Below, in pieces: positions 28,548 to 38,989 of a stretch of 64,000 nt of DNA. The notes below the pieces were generated by a model. It was not told the origin of the DNA and ran no database searches. It saw only the letters and a list, made by a program, of their open reading frames with translations. The stretch lies in NCBI GenBank assembly GCA_963422375.2, contig OY729428.2, forward strand, positions 2,880,001-2,944,000, written 5' to 3'. Source of the DNA: Bryobacterales bacterium (GTDB lineage Bacteria > Acidobacteriota > Terriglobia > Bryobacterales > UBA6623). The position numbers and the translations under genes are program-made. Numbering within the stretch: the stretch's first letter is position 1; the number at the start of each line of letters is the position of its first letter.

Positions 28548-29735
28548 ATGATTCTCGACGGCATTCGGGTACTCGACCTTTCTCAGAACATCGCCGGGCC
28601 GCAGGCGACACAAGTCCTAGGCGATCTGGGGGCCGACGTGATCAAGGTGGAACCGCCCGGCGGCGACCCCGCCCGCAGGTGGGGCCCGCCGTTCTGGGAC
28701 GGTGACGCGCCGCTCTTCCTCGCATTCAACCGCAACAAGCGGAGCATCGTCGTCGACCTGCGGACCGAAGAGGGGCGCGAAGTCATCGAACGGCTGGTCA
28801 CGCGGTCCGACGTCCTGGTGCAAGCCTTCCGCAAGGGAGTCATCGAGAAATTCGGGTTCGGCTACGAAAACGTCAGGCGCAAGCACCCTCGTCTGATCTA
28901 TGCATCGCTGACGGGCTACGGCTCGGAGGGACCGCATGCCAACGCACCGGGATATGACCCTCTGCTGCAAGCCTACAGCGGGATCATGTCGATCACCGGC
29001 CAGCCGGACGGACCACCCGCTCGCGTGGGCGGTTCGGTAGTGGATATCGGGTCCGGGAACCTGATCGCCCTGGGGGTGCTCGCGGCCCTGCGCAAGCGCG
29101 ACACCGAGAATGTCGGCTCGCATGTCGAGTGCTCGCTACTCGACACCTCCCTCGGCTGGATCGGGTACCACATGATGACCTACCTCGCCAGCGGGGTCGT
29201 GCCTCGGAGGATGGGCACGGGCCTCACCATGGTGGCCCCGTACGAGGCCTTCCCCACCAAGGACGGCCAAATCATGATCTGCGGCGGAACGGACGGCATC
29301 TTCCGGCGGCTGTGCGAGGCGCTCGGGATTTCCGGGGCCGCGGACGACCCCAAGTTCAAAGACAACCCCGCACGCGTCGCGCACAGCGCGACCCTGCGCC
29401 GCACGCTCTCGGCACGAACGCAGGAATTCGCCACCAGCGACTTGGACCGGCTGCTCAAGTCGCACCGCGTTCCCTGCTCTCCGATCCAAGACATTGCCCA
29501 GGTGGTGGACGACCCGCAAGTCAAGGCAAGTCGGATCTTCGAGGCGGAGCCCCACCCGCGGATCCCCGGTTACCGCGACCTCAAGATGTCGGTCAAGTTC
29601 GACGGCGAGCGTCCATCTGCCCGGCGGCTGCCGCCCGTGACGGGGGAGCATACAGAGGAAATCCTGCAGGAACTGGGGTACGACCGGGCCGCCGTCAGCC
29701 AATACACGGACTCCGTTTCCGGAATTCGCGAGTAG
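28548..29735 (+). CDS. Family III CoA-transferase (CaiB/BaiF)
   Basis: LDGIRVLDLSQNIAGP, LGADVIKVEPPGGD, NRNKRS, PGYD, GEHTEEIL. Confidence 0.93.
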   Translation: MILDGIRVLDLSQNIAGPQATQVLGDLGADVIKVEPPGGDPARRWGPPFWDGDAPLFLAFNRNKRSIVVDLRTEEGREVIERLVTRSDVLVQAFRKGVIEKFGFGYENVRRKHPRLIYASLTGYGSEGPHANAPGYDPLLQAYSGIMSITGQPDGPPARVGGSVVDIGSGNLIALGVLAALRKRDTENVGSHVECSLLDTSLGWIGYHMMTYLASGVVPRRMGTGLTMVAPYEAFPTKDGQIMICGGTDGIFRRLCEALGISGAADDPKFKDNPARVAHSATLRRTLSARTQEFATSDLDRLLKSHRVPCSPIQDIAQVVDDPQVKASRIFEAEPHPRIPGYRDLKMSVKFDGERPSARRLPPVTGEHTEEILQELGYDRAAVSQYTDSVSGIRE

Positions 29736-29972
29736 GCCGGCATCGCCGCCCGCCCGCCCGCAGCGCAGCTGACCACCATGTGCCGCACGCGGGTTGCGTG
29801 TGGCGTGAGCGACACGCCGCCGCGACCAAAGCGCACCCCGTTCGACAGTGCCGCAGCACGATGGCGCGGAGCGCGGCCTCGAGCGTGGAACGCTCGGGGG
29901 CAACCTGCCGGAGGCTGCGCACGGCCTCCATCCCGCAAGGAACCCGGCCCGGACGCTACGATATAGCTGGAC

Positions 29973-32162
29973 TTGAGCAAGCGCAAGGGCGAGGAGATTC
30001 TGTCGCCGGCCGCGTGGGGCGTGGCCCTCACGGCCCTGCTGGCCCTGTGCTTCTGGCTGACGTCGCTGAATTTCGGCGGATTCCGCCCCGAGAGCCCCGC
30101 GGTCACCTTCGTCCTCTGGGCTCTGTCGACGTGTGTCGTGTTCGGCACGATCGCGCTCGGCTTCATGCTCTTCCGCAGCTTGGTCAAGCTCTACTTCGAG
30201 CGCCGGGCCAACAAGCTGGGATCGCGGATCCGGACGAAGCTCGTCTGCGGCATGCTCGCGCTCGCCGTCGCGCCGATCGCCCTGCACCTGCACTACTCGA
30301 TCGTGCTGCTGAACCGCAACGTCGACAAGTGGTTCTCGCAGCGGACAGTGGAGGTGCTCCGCAGCGCCGAGCGGCTCATGGAACGGGCCAACCAAGAAAG
30401 CGTGGCGGACTTGGGCGCCGTCGCCGAACGGCTGGCAGCCGAGGCGCCGGGCGAGCCGACGCTTGCGGTACGCGACTTGCTGCGGCAAACGCGCACGGAC
30501 TACCTAGCGCTGCGTCCGGTCGGAACGGAAGGCGGAGCGCAGGAAGTCACCCGGGAGGGATCTTCCGTGCCCGAATCAGTGCGCGCGATCGCTCCGGGCA
30601 GCGCCGGAGCGGCGGCAGCCGCCCTCGCCGATGGCTGGATCTGCGCGACCGCTCGCTTGCCGTCCGCATCCGGCTTCGCCGTGGCCGCACGCAGGATTCC
30701 GGGCGAAGTCCTGCGGGAGCAAGAATTCATGCGGGCACAAGTGCAGGAATGGCAGCAGCTCGAGGCCGCCCGCCCCGTCGTCTGGCGCAACTACGCCTAC
30801 ATCCTGGCGCTGATCACGATCTTCATGCTCTTCATCGCCGTGTGGCTGGCCCAGTTCGCGTCCAAGCTGATCGTCCGGCCGATCAGGGCCCTTGTCACGG
30901 CCACGGACGAGCTAGCCGGAGGGCACCTGGCTTACCGGATCAAGACCGCGGCGACGGACGAACTGGCCGCGCTGGTCGACTCCTTCAACAGCATGAGCCA
31001 GGCCCTCGAAGGCAAGACCAGCCAACTCGAGGAGAGCAATCACGAACTGGCGCGCGCCAACGCCGAGCTTGAGGAGCGCCGGCGCCTGATCAACGCGATC
31101 CTCGAGAGCATCAAGCCCGGGGTGGTGTCCGTCGACGAGACCGGACGCATTCTCAAGTTCAACGAGTCGGCCCGCCTAATCGCCCAGCCGAGCCAGATCG
31201 AGGCGCTGCAATCGATTTCGGAGCTGCTGCACGGGGCGGACCGGTCCGCTTTCGAGCACATGTTCAGCAGCGCACGGCGCACGGGCGTCGCGACGCGCGA
31301 CTTCGAGGTCGAGCGCCGAGGCCGTCCGATGCATCTCAATGTCACCGTCTCCTCCCTCGACTCCGGTCAGAGCCGCCACGGATTCGTCGTTGTGCTGGAG
31401 GACACCACGGAACTCATGCGAGCCCAGCGCTCGGAGGCATGGCAGGAAGTCGCAAGGCGCGTTGCTCACGAAATCAAGAACCCGCTGACCCCCGTGGCCC
31501 TCGCGGCAGGGCGCATCGACCGCCTCCTGGACCGGCTCGAAGAGACTGAAGACTCGTCCGAGAGGGCGGCGATCCGAGCCCGTCTCGCGCAATCCACGCG
31601 CACGATCGACCGGGAGGTCCAGTCCCTGAGAGCCCTCGTGGACAGCTTCTCCGACCTAGCGCGGTTCCCGTCCTTCCACCCCGAGTCGACGGACCTTAAC
31701 GGGCTGGCCCGCGACGCGGCGGCCGTCTTTGAGGGCCGACTCTCGGACGTGCGCATCTCCGTCGACCCGGATCCGGACGCGCCCCCGGCGCGGGTCGATC
31801 CCGAGCCGTTCAAGCGGGCTGTGATCAACCTCATCGACAACGCCGCGGAAGTCCTCCAGGACTGCTGGGTAAAGGAGATCGTAGTGTCCGTCCGCGCCAC
31901 GCCGGATCGCAGCGGCGTCGAGCTAACGGTCGCCGACTCCGGTCCCGGGATTTCCCCCGAGAACAAGCAGCGGCTATTCCAGCCGTATTTCTCGACCAAG
32001 GAGCGAGGCACGGGGCTCGGCCTCTCGATCGTCAGGAGCATCGTGCAGGACCATCACGGCACGATCCGGGTCGAGAACAATCAGCCCAGCGGATCCCGCT
32101 TCGTGATCGAAGTGCCGGCGATTTCCTCGGAGACACCCGAGCTGCAGGAGGTCACTGCGTGA
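29973..32162 (+). CDS. NtrY-like sensor histidine kinase (TM-HAMP-PAS-HisKA-HATPase)
   Basis: GSRIRTKL, AWQEVARRVAHEIKNPLTP, NLIDNA, DSGPGI, FQPYFSTK, GTGLGL. Confidence 0.92.
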   Translation: MSKRKGEEILSPAAWGVALTALLALCFWLTSLNFGGFRPESPAVTFVLWALSTCVVFGTIALGFMLFRSLVKLYFERRANKLGSRIRTKLVCGMLALAVAPIALHLHYSIVLLNRNVDKWFSQRTVEVLRSAERLMERANQESVADLGAVAERLAAEAPGEPTLAVRDLLRQTRTDYLALRPVGTEGGAQEVTREGSSVPESVRAIAPGSAGAAAAALADGWICATARLPSASGFAVAARRIPGEVLREQEFMRAQVQEWQQLEAARPVVWRNYAYILALITIFMLFIAVWLAQFASKLIVRPIRALVTATDELAGGHLAYRIKTAATDELAALVDSFNSMSQALEGKTSQLEESNHELARANAELEERRRLINAILESIKPGVVSVDETGRILKFNESARLIAQPSQIEALQSISELLHGADRSAFEHMFSSARRTGVATRDFEVERRGRPMHLNVTVSSLDSGQSRHGFVVVLEDTTELMRAQRSEAWQEVARRVAHEIKNPLTPVALAAGRIDRLLDRLEETEDSSERAAIRARLAQSTRTIDREVQSLRALVDSFSDLARFPSFHPESTDLNGLARDAAAVFEGRLSDVRISVDPDPDAPPARVDPEPFKRAVINLIDNAAEVLQDCWVKEIVVSVRATPDRSGVELTVADSGPGISPENKQRLFQPYFSTKERGTGLGLSIVRSIVQDHHGTIRVENNQPSGSRFVIEVPAISSETPELQEVTA

Positions 32163-33541
32163 CAGGTCCGAGCGCAGGCCACGTTCTGGTCGTCGACGAC
32201 GAGCCCGGCATCCGCGAAACACTCGCGGGGGTGCTCGAGGACGAGGGCTACCACGCGGAGGCCGTCGAGAGCGGAGAGCGCTGCCTCGAACTGCTGCCCG
32301 TGCGCTCCTTCGGGGTGGTCCTGCTGGATGTCTGGCTGCCCGGCATCGACGGGCTCGAAACGCTCGAGCGTATCGGCGAGATGGACGCGCGGCGCAGGCC
32401 GGTCGTAGTGATGATTTCGGGGCACGGCAGCATCGAGAGCGCCGTCCGGGCCACCAAGCTGGGAGCGCGCGACTTCCTCGAGAAGCCGCTCTCGGTCGCC
32501 AAGGTCTCCCTAGCAGTCCGCAACGCGATGGAACACCACACCCTGCTCGCCCAGAACGCGTCCATGCGGGGCGAGTTGCGGGCCAAGCACCGGATCATCG
32601 GCGACAGCGTGCCGATGAAGGCGGTGCGGCAGGAGATCCTCCTAATGGCCCCGACCAACGGCAGAGTCCTCATTTTCGGCGAGAGCGGTACCGGCAAGGA
32701 ACTCGTCGCACACGCCATCCACGCGGCCAGTCAGCGGTCCGGGGGCCCGTTCGTGACTGTGAATTGCGCCTCCATCCCCGAGGACCGCATCGAGAGCGAG
32801 CTGTTCGGTCACCTCCGCGGGTCCCTGCCGGGGGCGAACAGCGACAAGACCGGGAAATTCCAGCTAGCTGACGGTGGAACGCTCTTGCTCGACGAAGTGG
32901 GCGACATGAGCCTGAAGACCCAAGCGCGGGTCCTCCGAGTGATCGAGGCGCAGAGTTTCGAGCCGGTGGGATCCGGCCGCACGGTGGAGGTGGACGTGCG
33001 GATCATCGCGGCCACGAACAAGGATCTCGACGGGGAGATTGCGAAGGGAAACTTCCGGGAGGATCTCTTCTACCGGCTGAACGTCGTGCCCTTCCACGTC
33101 CCGCCGCTGCGCGACCGCTTGGAGGACGTGCCCGTGCTGGCGCAGCACTTCATCGACGAGTTCTCCCGGGCGTACGGACGGAAGCCCAAGCGCCTGCTCA
33201 AGTCCGCCATAGACCGACTGCTGGCCCGGGTCTGGCCGGGAAACGTCCGCGAGTTGCGCAACCTCATGGAGCGCATCGTGATTCTCCATTCCGGGGCGGA
33301 GGTCAGCGCGCGCCAGCTGCCGGACACGAGTCAGAGCGGGCGCGAGGCGCGATCCGTGCAGCCCGGGTTCTCGAGCCTGAAAGAAGCGCGAGAGGCCTAC
33401 GAGCGCGACTACGTGGAGCGCGCCCTGCAGGCGACCGGCGGCAACGTCACTAAGGCGGCGGCGGCGCTGGGCCTGGAGCGCAGCAACCTGCACCGCAAGA
33501 TGCGGTCCCTCGGCATCCGTCCGGCCAAGGGCGCCGGCTAA
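32159..33541 (+). CDS. NtrX-like response regulator (REC-AAA+-Fis HTH)
   Basis: VVDDE, LLDVWLPG, GESGTGKE, LDEVGDM, FREDLFYRLNV, WPGNVREL, C-terminal HTH. Overlaps the kinase stop codon. Confidence 0.93.
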   Translation: MTGPSAGHVLVVDDEPGIRETLAGVLEDEGYHAEAVESGERCLELLPVRSFGVVLLDVWLPGIDGLETLERIGEMDARRRPVVVMISGHGSIESAVRATKLGARDFLEKPLSVAKVSLAVRNAMEHHTLLAQNASMRGELRAKHRIIGDSVPMKAVRQEILLMAPTNGRVLIFGESGTGKELVAHAIHAASQRSGGPFVTVNCASIPEDRIESELFGHLRGSLPGANSDKTGKFQLADGGTLLLDEVGDMSLKTQARVLRVIEAQSFEPVGSGRTVEVDVRIIAATNKDLDGEIAKGNFREDLFYRLNVVPFHVPPLRDRLEDVPVLAQHFIDEFSRAYGRKPKRLLKSAIDRLLARVWPGNVRELRNLMERIVILHSGAEVSARQLPDTSQSGREARSVQPGFSSLKEAREAYERDYVERALQATGGNVTKAAAALGLERSNLHRKMRSLGIRPAKGAG

Positions 33542-33621
33542 TCCTTCGAATACCGCTCGGAAGGCCGCGAGAGCGGCGCGCGGCTTGGGCCCGCGCCTGC
33601 AACGGCCGACGCTGTGTGACA

Positions 33622-35097
33622 ATGAGGCTCGGAGCTGCTCCCCGGCCATTTCCGCCACTCCGCATGGGACGAGAAGAACGGCGCGGAGAGCGGGGCGGCC
33701 CCCCGAGCGACAGCCCGGGCTCGCTCTGGCGAGCCGTTCCGGACGCTATCCGGGGGTCTCGGGAAGACTATACCCAAGTTCCGCTTACACGGGCGATCGT
33801 GCTGCTTGCGATCCCCATGATGCTGGAGCTGGTCATGGAGTCCACTTTCGGGCTCGTCGACATCTTCTTTGTCGGCAAGCTCGGGTCGGCGGCGGTCGCA
33901 ACCGTCGGCCTGACTGGCTCGCTGATCATTCTGGTATTCGCCATCGTGATGGGCCTGTCGATGGGCACGACTGCCATGATCGCGAGGCGTATCGGCGAAG
34001 GCGACCCGGCCGGCGCGGGCCTGGCGGCCTGGCAGGCCGTGCTGGCCGGCGTGCTGGGAGCCGTGCCCGTGAGCATCGTCGGCGCCCTTCTCGCGCCCCA
34101 GATGCTGCGCTGGATGGGGGGCACGGAAGCGATCGTCGAGGGCTACCGCTACACTGCCGTGCTCTTCGCAGGAAGCGTCACGATTTTCCTGCTGTTCCTC
34201 AACAACGCGATATTCCGGGGAGCCGGAGATGCCGCGGTGGCCATGCGCGCCCTGTGGCTTGCCAACATCATCAATATCGCGCTTGATCCGCTCCTGATCT
34301 TCGGCCTCGGCCCTGTCCCGAGGCTCGGGCTGTTCGGCGCGGCCTTGGCCACGACAGTCGGCCGCGGCGTCGGGGTCGCCTACCAGCTGGCGAAGTTGGT
34401 ACGGGGCACGGGCCGCGTTGCGATCAGCAGGGAGTCCATGCGATGGGCTCCCTCGGTTCTAGTCAGCCTGCTGCGGGTTTCCGTCACGGGGATGGTCCAG
34501 TTCTTCGTGGGAACCGCGGCGTGGCTGGGCGTGACCCGGATCATTGCTCTGTTCGGGGAGACCGTGCTCGCCGGCTACACCATCACGCTGCGACTGATTC
34601 ACTTCGCGATCCTGCCATCGTGGGGCGTCAGCAATGCTGCGGCGACCTTGGTCGGCCAGAGTCTCGGGGCGGACAAGCCGGACAGGGCCGAGCGCGCCGT
34701 CCTGCTGACGGGCTTCGTGAACTTCGCGATGCTGGGAGTGATCGCGATCGTCTTCGCGGCCTTCGCGAGGCCGCTCATCGAAGTGTTCACCTTGGACGCC
34801 GGTGTCATCGGGCGGGGTGTCGAGAGCCTCAGGATCCTCAGCGCGGGATACATTTTCGCGGGGTTCTCGATGGTGTTCGGCCAAGCGTTCAACGGAGCCG
34901 GCGATACGGCCACCCCGGCCTGGATCAACTTCTTCTGCTACTGGTGCTGGCAGCTGCCCCTCGCCTACGCTCTGGCCAAGCCCATGGGCATCGGCGTCAC
35001 GGGGGTTTACTATTCCCTAGTGGTCTCCGGAGCAACCTGGATGGTCATCGGCTACGTACTGTTTCGCCGCGGCAGATGGAAGGAACAGAAGATCTGA
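33622..35097 (+). CDS. MATE family efflux transporter
   Basis: LAIPMMLELVMES, IARRIGEG, IFRGAGD, NIALDPLLIFG, NAAATLVGQSLGA, FNGAGDT. Start uncertain. Confidence 0.92.
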   Translation: MRLGAAPRPFPPLRMGREERRGERGGPPSDSPGSLWRAVPDAIRGSREDYTQVPLTRAIVLLAIPMMLELVMESTFGLVDIFFVGKLGSAAVATVGLTGSLIILVFAIVMGLSMGTTAMIARRIGEGDPAGAGLAAWQAVLAGVLGAVPVSIVGALLAPQMLRWMGGTEAIVEGYRYTAVLFAGSVTIFLLFLNNAIFRGAGDAAVAMRALWLANIINIALDPLLIFGLGPVPRLGLFGAALATTVGRGVGVAYQLAKLVRGTGRVAISRESMRWAPSVLVSLLRVSVTGMVQFFVGTAAWLGVTRIIALFGETVLAGYTITLRLIHFAILPSWGVSNAAATLVGQSLGADKPDRAERAVLLTGFVNFAMLGVIAIVFAAFARPLIEVFTLDAGVIGRGVESLRILSAGYIFAGFSMVFGQAFNGAGDTATPAWINFFCYWCWQLPLAYALAKPMGIGVTGVYYSLVVSGATWMVIGYVLFRRGRWKEQKI

Positions 35098-35114
35098 AGA
35101 CCCGGAGGCGGAAA

Positions 35115-37571
35115 GTGCGAGCTATTGCCGTTGCATTGCTGATCGCCGCGTGCGCCCCCGGGGCACTCCAAGGAGCGGACTTGGAGTGGACCGGATTGCA
35201 GGCCCTGCCGCTACCCGGCGGTGCCGAGGGCGCATTCGCTGCCGTAATTGACCAGAAGCTGGTGGTGGCGGGGGGCGTCAACGGCCCCGCAAGCGCCGAC
35301 GAGAGCGGGGCGTGGACCGCCATGGCGGACGTCTGGGTGCTCGAATCCCCAGACGGCAGCTGGCGCAAGACCACGCCGTTACCCCAGCCCACGGCATTCG
35401 GGGCGTCCGCGTCGGCGGGGACGTTCGCCGTCTTCGCGGGGGGCTCCGCGGGTGCTGGCGCGGAGGGTCGCGATTCTGCTTATCGCGTGGTTTTCGAGGG
35501 GGACGAGCTGCGGTTCCAGCCCCTGCCGCCGCTGCCCGGTGCCAGATCCCTCGCGAGCGCAGCGATGCTGGACGGGGCAGTCTATTTGGCCTGCGGTCGA
35601 GGCACCGACGGAGAGCCGACCAGCGACATGCTGGTGCTCGACCTGAACGCGGTCCGGCCTGCATGGGAGATCGCGTCCCCGCTGCCCGCGACGCCTCGCG
35701 TGTCTGTCGGTCTGACGGCGAGGGAGGGAGCCCTGTTTCTTCTGGGCGGGGCGGCGCCCGCTCCGGCGAGCAACGACGAGCGTGCACGACCGCTCGCGGA
35801 CAGCTACAAGTTCGTCCCGGGCGCCGGCTGGACGCGCGTCGCGGACCGCCCGGCACCCGCCTCGGGCCAGACGGTACCACTTGGCCCGACTCATATCGCC
35901 TCGGTAGGAAACTCATCGGACGGAACCGGTAGGCCGCTGCGCGCGATGGCCTATCACGTGTTGACTGACACGTGGGTGAGTCAGGGAGAGCTGCCCGCAG
36001 GGGCCGAGCGCATGATCGCCGTGGACTGGGGCGGCACCCTAGTGGCCGCGGGCAAACCCGCGGAGCCCGGCACTCCGGCGACGCCGGTCTTCGCGGCGCA
36101 CCTCGTCGCCGAGCCTTCTGGCTTCTCGACGCTCGACTACACCGCGCTGGCCTGCTACTTCGCGGCACTCGTCATGATGGGCATCTACTTCGCGCGCCAA
36201 GGGTCCAGCACGGAGGACTTCTTCCTCGGGGGCCGGAGCATGCCGTGGTGGGCTACGGGCCTGTCGATCTACGGGACCCAGCTGTCGTCGATCAGCTTCA
36301 TGGCGGTACCCGCCAAGGTCTACGCCACGGACTGGATCTACATCCTAGTGCAGCTGAGCATCATCCTGCTCGCCTTTCCGGTCGTTTACCTCTACCTGCC
36401 GCACTTCCGGCGCGTGAAGATGACCAGCGCCTACGAGTACCTCGAGAGCCGCTTCAATCTGCCGGTCCGGATTTACGCGAGCCTTTCGTTCGTGCTCTAC
36501 CAGCTCGGCCGGATGGCGATCGTGATGTTCCTACCGGCGATCGCTCTCTCGACAGTGACCGGGATCAGCGTCTACTCGTGCATCTTGGTGATGGGCGTGC
36601 TGGCAACGCTGTATACGGTGATGGGCGGCATCAAAGCGGTGATCTGGACGGACGTCACCCAGGTATTCGTGCTCTACGGAGGGGCGGTCCTGAGCTTGGT
36701 CATTCTGTTGGGAAGCATGGACGGCGGGCTGTCCGGACTGCTCTCGGCCGGGCAGGAGTATGACAAGTTCCACATCGTGACTTGGTCGTGGGACTGGACA
36801 ACCACAGCGGTCTGGGTCGTGCTCGTCGGCAACCTGTTCATGAATCTCGTGCCCTACACTTCGGATCAAGCCGTGGTGCAGCGGTACTTCACCACCAAGG
36901 ACGAGAAGGCCGCGGCGCGTTCCATCTGGACTAATGCCGTCCTGCTCATCCCCTCGACGCTGACTCTATTCCTGCTTGGCACAGGGCTGTGGGCCTTCTA
37001 CCGCGCGAATCCGGAGTTGTTGGATCCAGCATTGCCTACCGATTCGATCTTTCCGCTGTTCATTGCCCAGCAGCTGCCTTCCGGCATCGCCGGCCTCCTG
37101 ATCGCCGCCGTCTTCGCCGCTTCGATGTCAACGCTCGACAGCAGCCTGAACAGCGTGTCGGCCGCGCTGGTCACGGATTTCTACGCGCGCTTCCGGCCCG
37201 CCTCGAGCGACCGCCGTAGGCTCGCGCTGGCGCGGTGGCTCACTGCCGGACTGGGTGTTCTGGCAACGGCGACGTCGATCGCGCTCGCGACGTTCAACAT
37301 CGGGTCGCTGTGGGACGCGTTCCAAGGCATGATGGGCCTCCTCGGCGGAGGGCTCGCGGGCTTGTTCGCGCTGGGCATGTTCTTCCGGAGGGCCAACGGA
37401 GCGGGAGCGATCACCGGCGCAGTATCCAGCGTGGTGGTTCTCTACTGGGTCCAGCAGCACACGGACCTGCACTTCTTCCTGTACGGTGCCGTGGGAATCC
37501 TGAGCTGCGTGGGGATCGGACTGCTGGCGAGCCAGGTTCTCGGCGTTCAAGACTCGGGGTCGCGAGCATAG
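35115..37571 (+). CDS. Kelch-repeat (NanM-like) domain fused to a sodium:solute symporter (SiaT-like)
   Basis: Signal peptide, about 330 aa of Kelch-type GG/W repeats, then SSS motifs FFLGGRSMPWW, SAYEYLESRF, GGIKAVIWTD, DQAVVQRY, AASMSTLDS. Confidence 0.88.
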   Translation: MRAIAVALLIAACAPGALQGADLEWTGLQALPLPGGAEGAFAAVIDQKLVVAGGVNGPASADESGAWTAMADVWVLESPDGSWRKTTPLPQPTAFGASASAGTFAVFAGGSAGAGAEGRDSAYRVVFEGDELRFQPLPPLPGARSLASAAMLDGAVYLACGRGTDGEPTSDMLVLDLNAVRPAWEIASPLPATPRVSVGLTAREGALFLLGGAAPAPASNDERARPLADSYKFVPGAGWTRVADRPAPASGQTVPLGPTHIASVGNSSDGTGRPLRAMAYHVLTDTWVSQGELPAGAERMIAVDWGGTLVAAGKPAEPGTPATPVFAAHLVAEPSGFSTLDYTALACYFAALVMMGIYFARQGSSTEDFFLGGRSMPWWATGLSIYGTQLSSISFMAVPAKVYATDWIYILVQLSIILLAFPVVYLYLPHFRRVKMTSAYEYLESRFNLPVRIYASLSFVLYQLGRMAIVMFLPAIALSTVTGISVYSCILVMGVLATLYTVMGGIKAVIWTDVTQVFVLYGGAVLSLVILLGSMDGGLSGLLSAGQEYDKFHIVTWSWDWTTTAVWVVLVGNLFMNLVPYTSDQAVVQRYFTTKDEKAAARSIWTNAVLLIPSTLTLFLLGTGLWAFYRANPELLDPALPTDSIFPLFIAQQLPSGIAGLLIAAVFAASMSTLDSSLNSVSAALVTDFYARFRPASSDRRRLALARWLTAGLGVLATATSIALATFNIGSLWDAFQGMMGLLGGGLAGLFALGMFFRRANGAGAITGAVSSVVVLYWVQQHTDLHFFLYGAVGILSCVGIGLLASQVLGVQDSGSRA

Positions 37572-37699
37572 TAATCCGGTACAACCCAGGGTTCGGACCG
37601 ACGCGAGACTTGGGAGAGCCTACGAGATTCTCGACACCGGTGCGTCATCGCGCTTCCCTTGCAGGATCGAGGATCGGAAGAACGGCACCGCTTACCGAG

Positions 37700-37905
37700 T
37701 CCTACACGCATGAGCAAGCGTCCGGGGTATGCGCGGGAACTGGTGTCGCACGCCTCCCGCACGGACCGCTGCTCGGGCACGCTGGCCCGCGTGACCGCGG
37801 CATGGACGTGACGCCCCGCGCATGATCGAGCACGCCAACCGGCGCTTCGTCAAGGAGGGTCTCGGGAAGTCGGGAAACGCAGGTACTGAACGCGTCAAAC
37901 GTCAT
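37700..37905 (+). pseudogene. Possible decayed class I SAM methyltransferase fragment
   Basis: GVCAGTG followed by GMDVTPR/MIEHANRRF across a frameshift resembles motif I and post-I. Interrupted by the IS. Confidence 0.3.
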
Positions 37906-38933
37906 CCTGATTACCAATGAACGTCAGCCGAGGATATGCTATACTGAAGGAGGTCGGAAACCTCTGACAGGAAAGGGGATAGCTGATGAAACGCAATCGC
38001 GTGCAATTCCAGAAGGGACTCAGCCCGGGCAAGTTCCTGCAGCGCTACGGCAGCGAGGGGCAATGCGAGCAGGCCGTCTTCAAGGCCCGCTGGCCGGCCG
38101 GCTTCCGCTGCCCGGAGTGCGGCTCCCGCCGGCACTGCCGCATCCGCTCCCGCAAGCTCCGGCAGTGCCATGCCTGCCACCGCCGGACCTCCCTGGTCGC
38201 CGGCACGATCTTCGCCGCCACCAAGCTGCCGCTGACCGTCCGGTTCCTGGCGCTCCACCTGCTGACGCAGGGCAAGCACGGCGTTTCGTCGCTGGAACTG
38301 GCGCGGCAGCTGGGGGTCAGCCGGAACACGGCTTGGAAGATGAAGCACAAGCTCTTGCAAGTGATGAAGGAGCGCGACGAGCGCGTGCCGCCGGGCGGCA
38401 TCGTGCAGGCGGACGACGCCTACCGGGGCGGGGAGCGGAGCGGCGGCAAGCGCGGGCGCGACGGGCAAGACGCCGTTCGTGGCCGCCGTGCAGGTCAGCG
38501 CCGCCGGCCAGCCGGCAAGGATGCGCCTGAGCAGCGTGGCGGGCTTGCGCAAGAAGACGCTGGCAGCGTGGGCCGGGCGGCACTTGCAGCCCGGCACGGA
38601 GGTGCATTCCGACGGCCCGGCCTGCTTGCGGGGCGTGGCCGACGCCGGCTGCGAGCACGTGCCGACCGTCACCGGAGGCGGGCAGCGGAGCTGCGCGGAT
38701 TCCCGCTTCGTCCGGGTCAGCACGATGCTGGGGAACGTCAAGCAGTCCCTGGCGGGAACCTGCCATTCGTTCGACGGCAAGCACCTGCCGCGGTACCTCG
38801 CCGAGTTCCGCTACCGCTTCAACCGCCGCTACGATCTCGAGGCGCTGGTCCCCCGCCTGCTCCACGCCTCCGTGCGCACCCCGCCCATGCCGTACCGCCT
38901 CCTAACCTTGGCTGAGTCTTGTGGGTAATCAGG
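37906..38933 (+). mobile_element. IS1595-family element (lineage B), copy 2, frameshifted transposase
   Basis: Same IRs as copy 1. 8-bp TSD AACGTCAT at 37898-37905 and 38934-38941. 5-nt deletion near 38460 relative to copy 1. Confidence 0.95.
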
Positions 38934-38989
38934 AACGTCATTGCTGGCCGAGACGATTCCCGACAGCAACGCGACCAATTGCCGCGGTT

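Noticed and set aside
27100..38470. Programmed frameshifting in the IS1595-B transposases
   Set aside because: The breaks are at different positions in the two copies and are indels, not a shared slippery site.
26921..38933. Composite transposon formed by the two IS1595-B copies
   Set aside because: Each copy has its own matched 8-bp TSD, which shows independent insertions.
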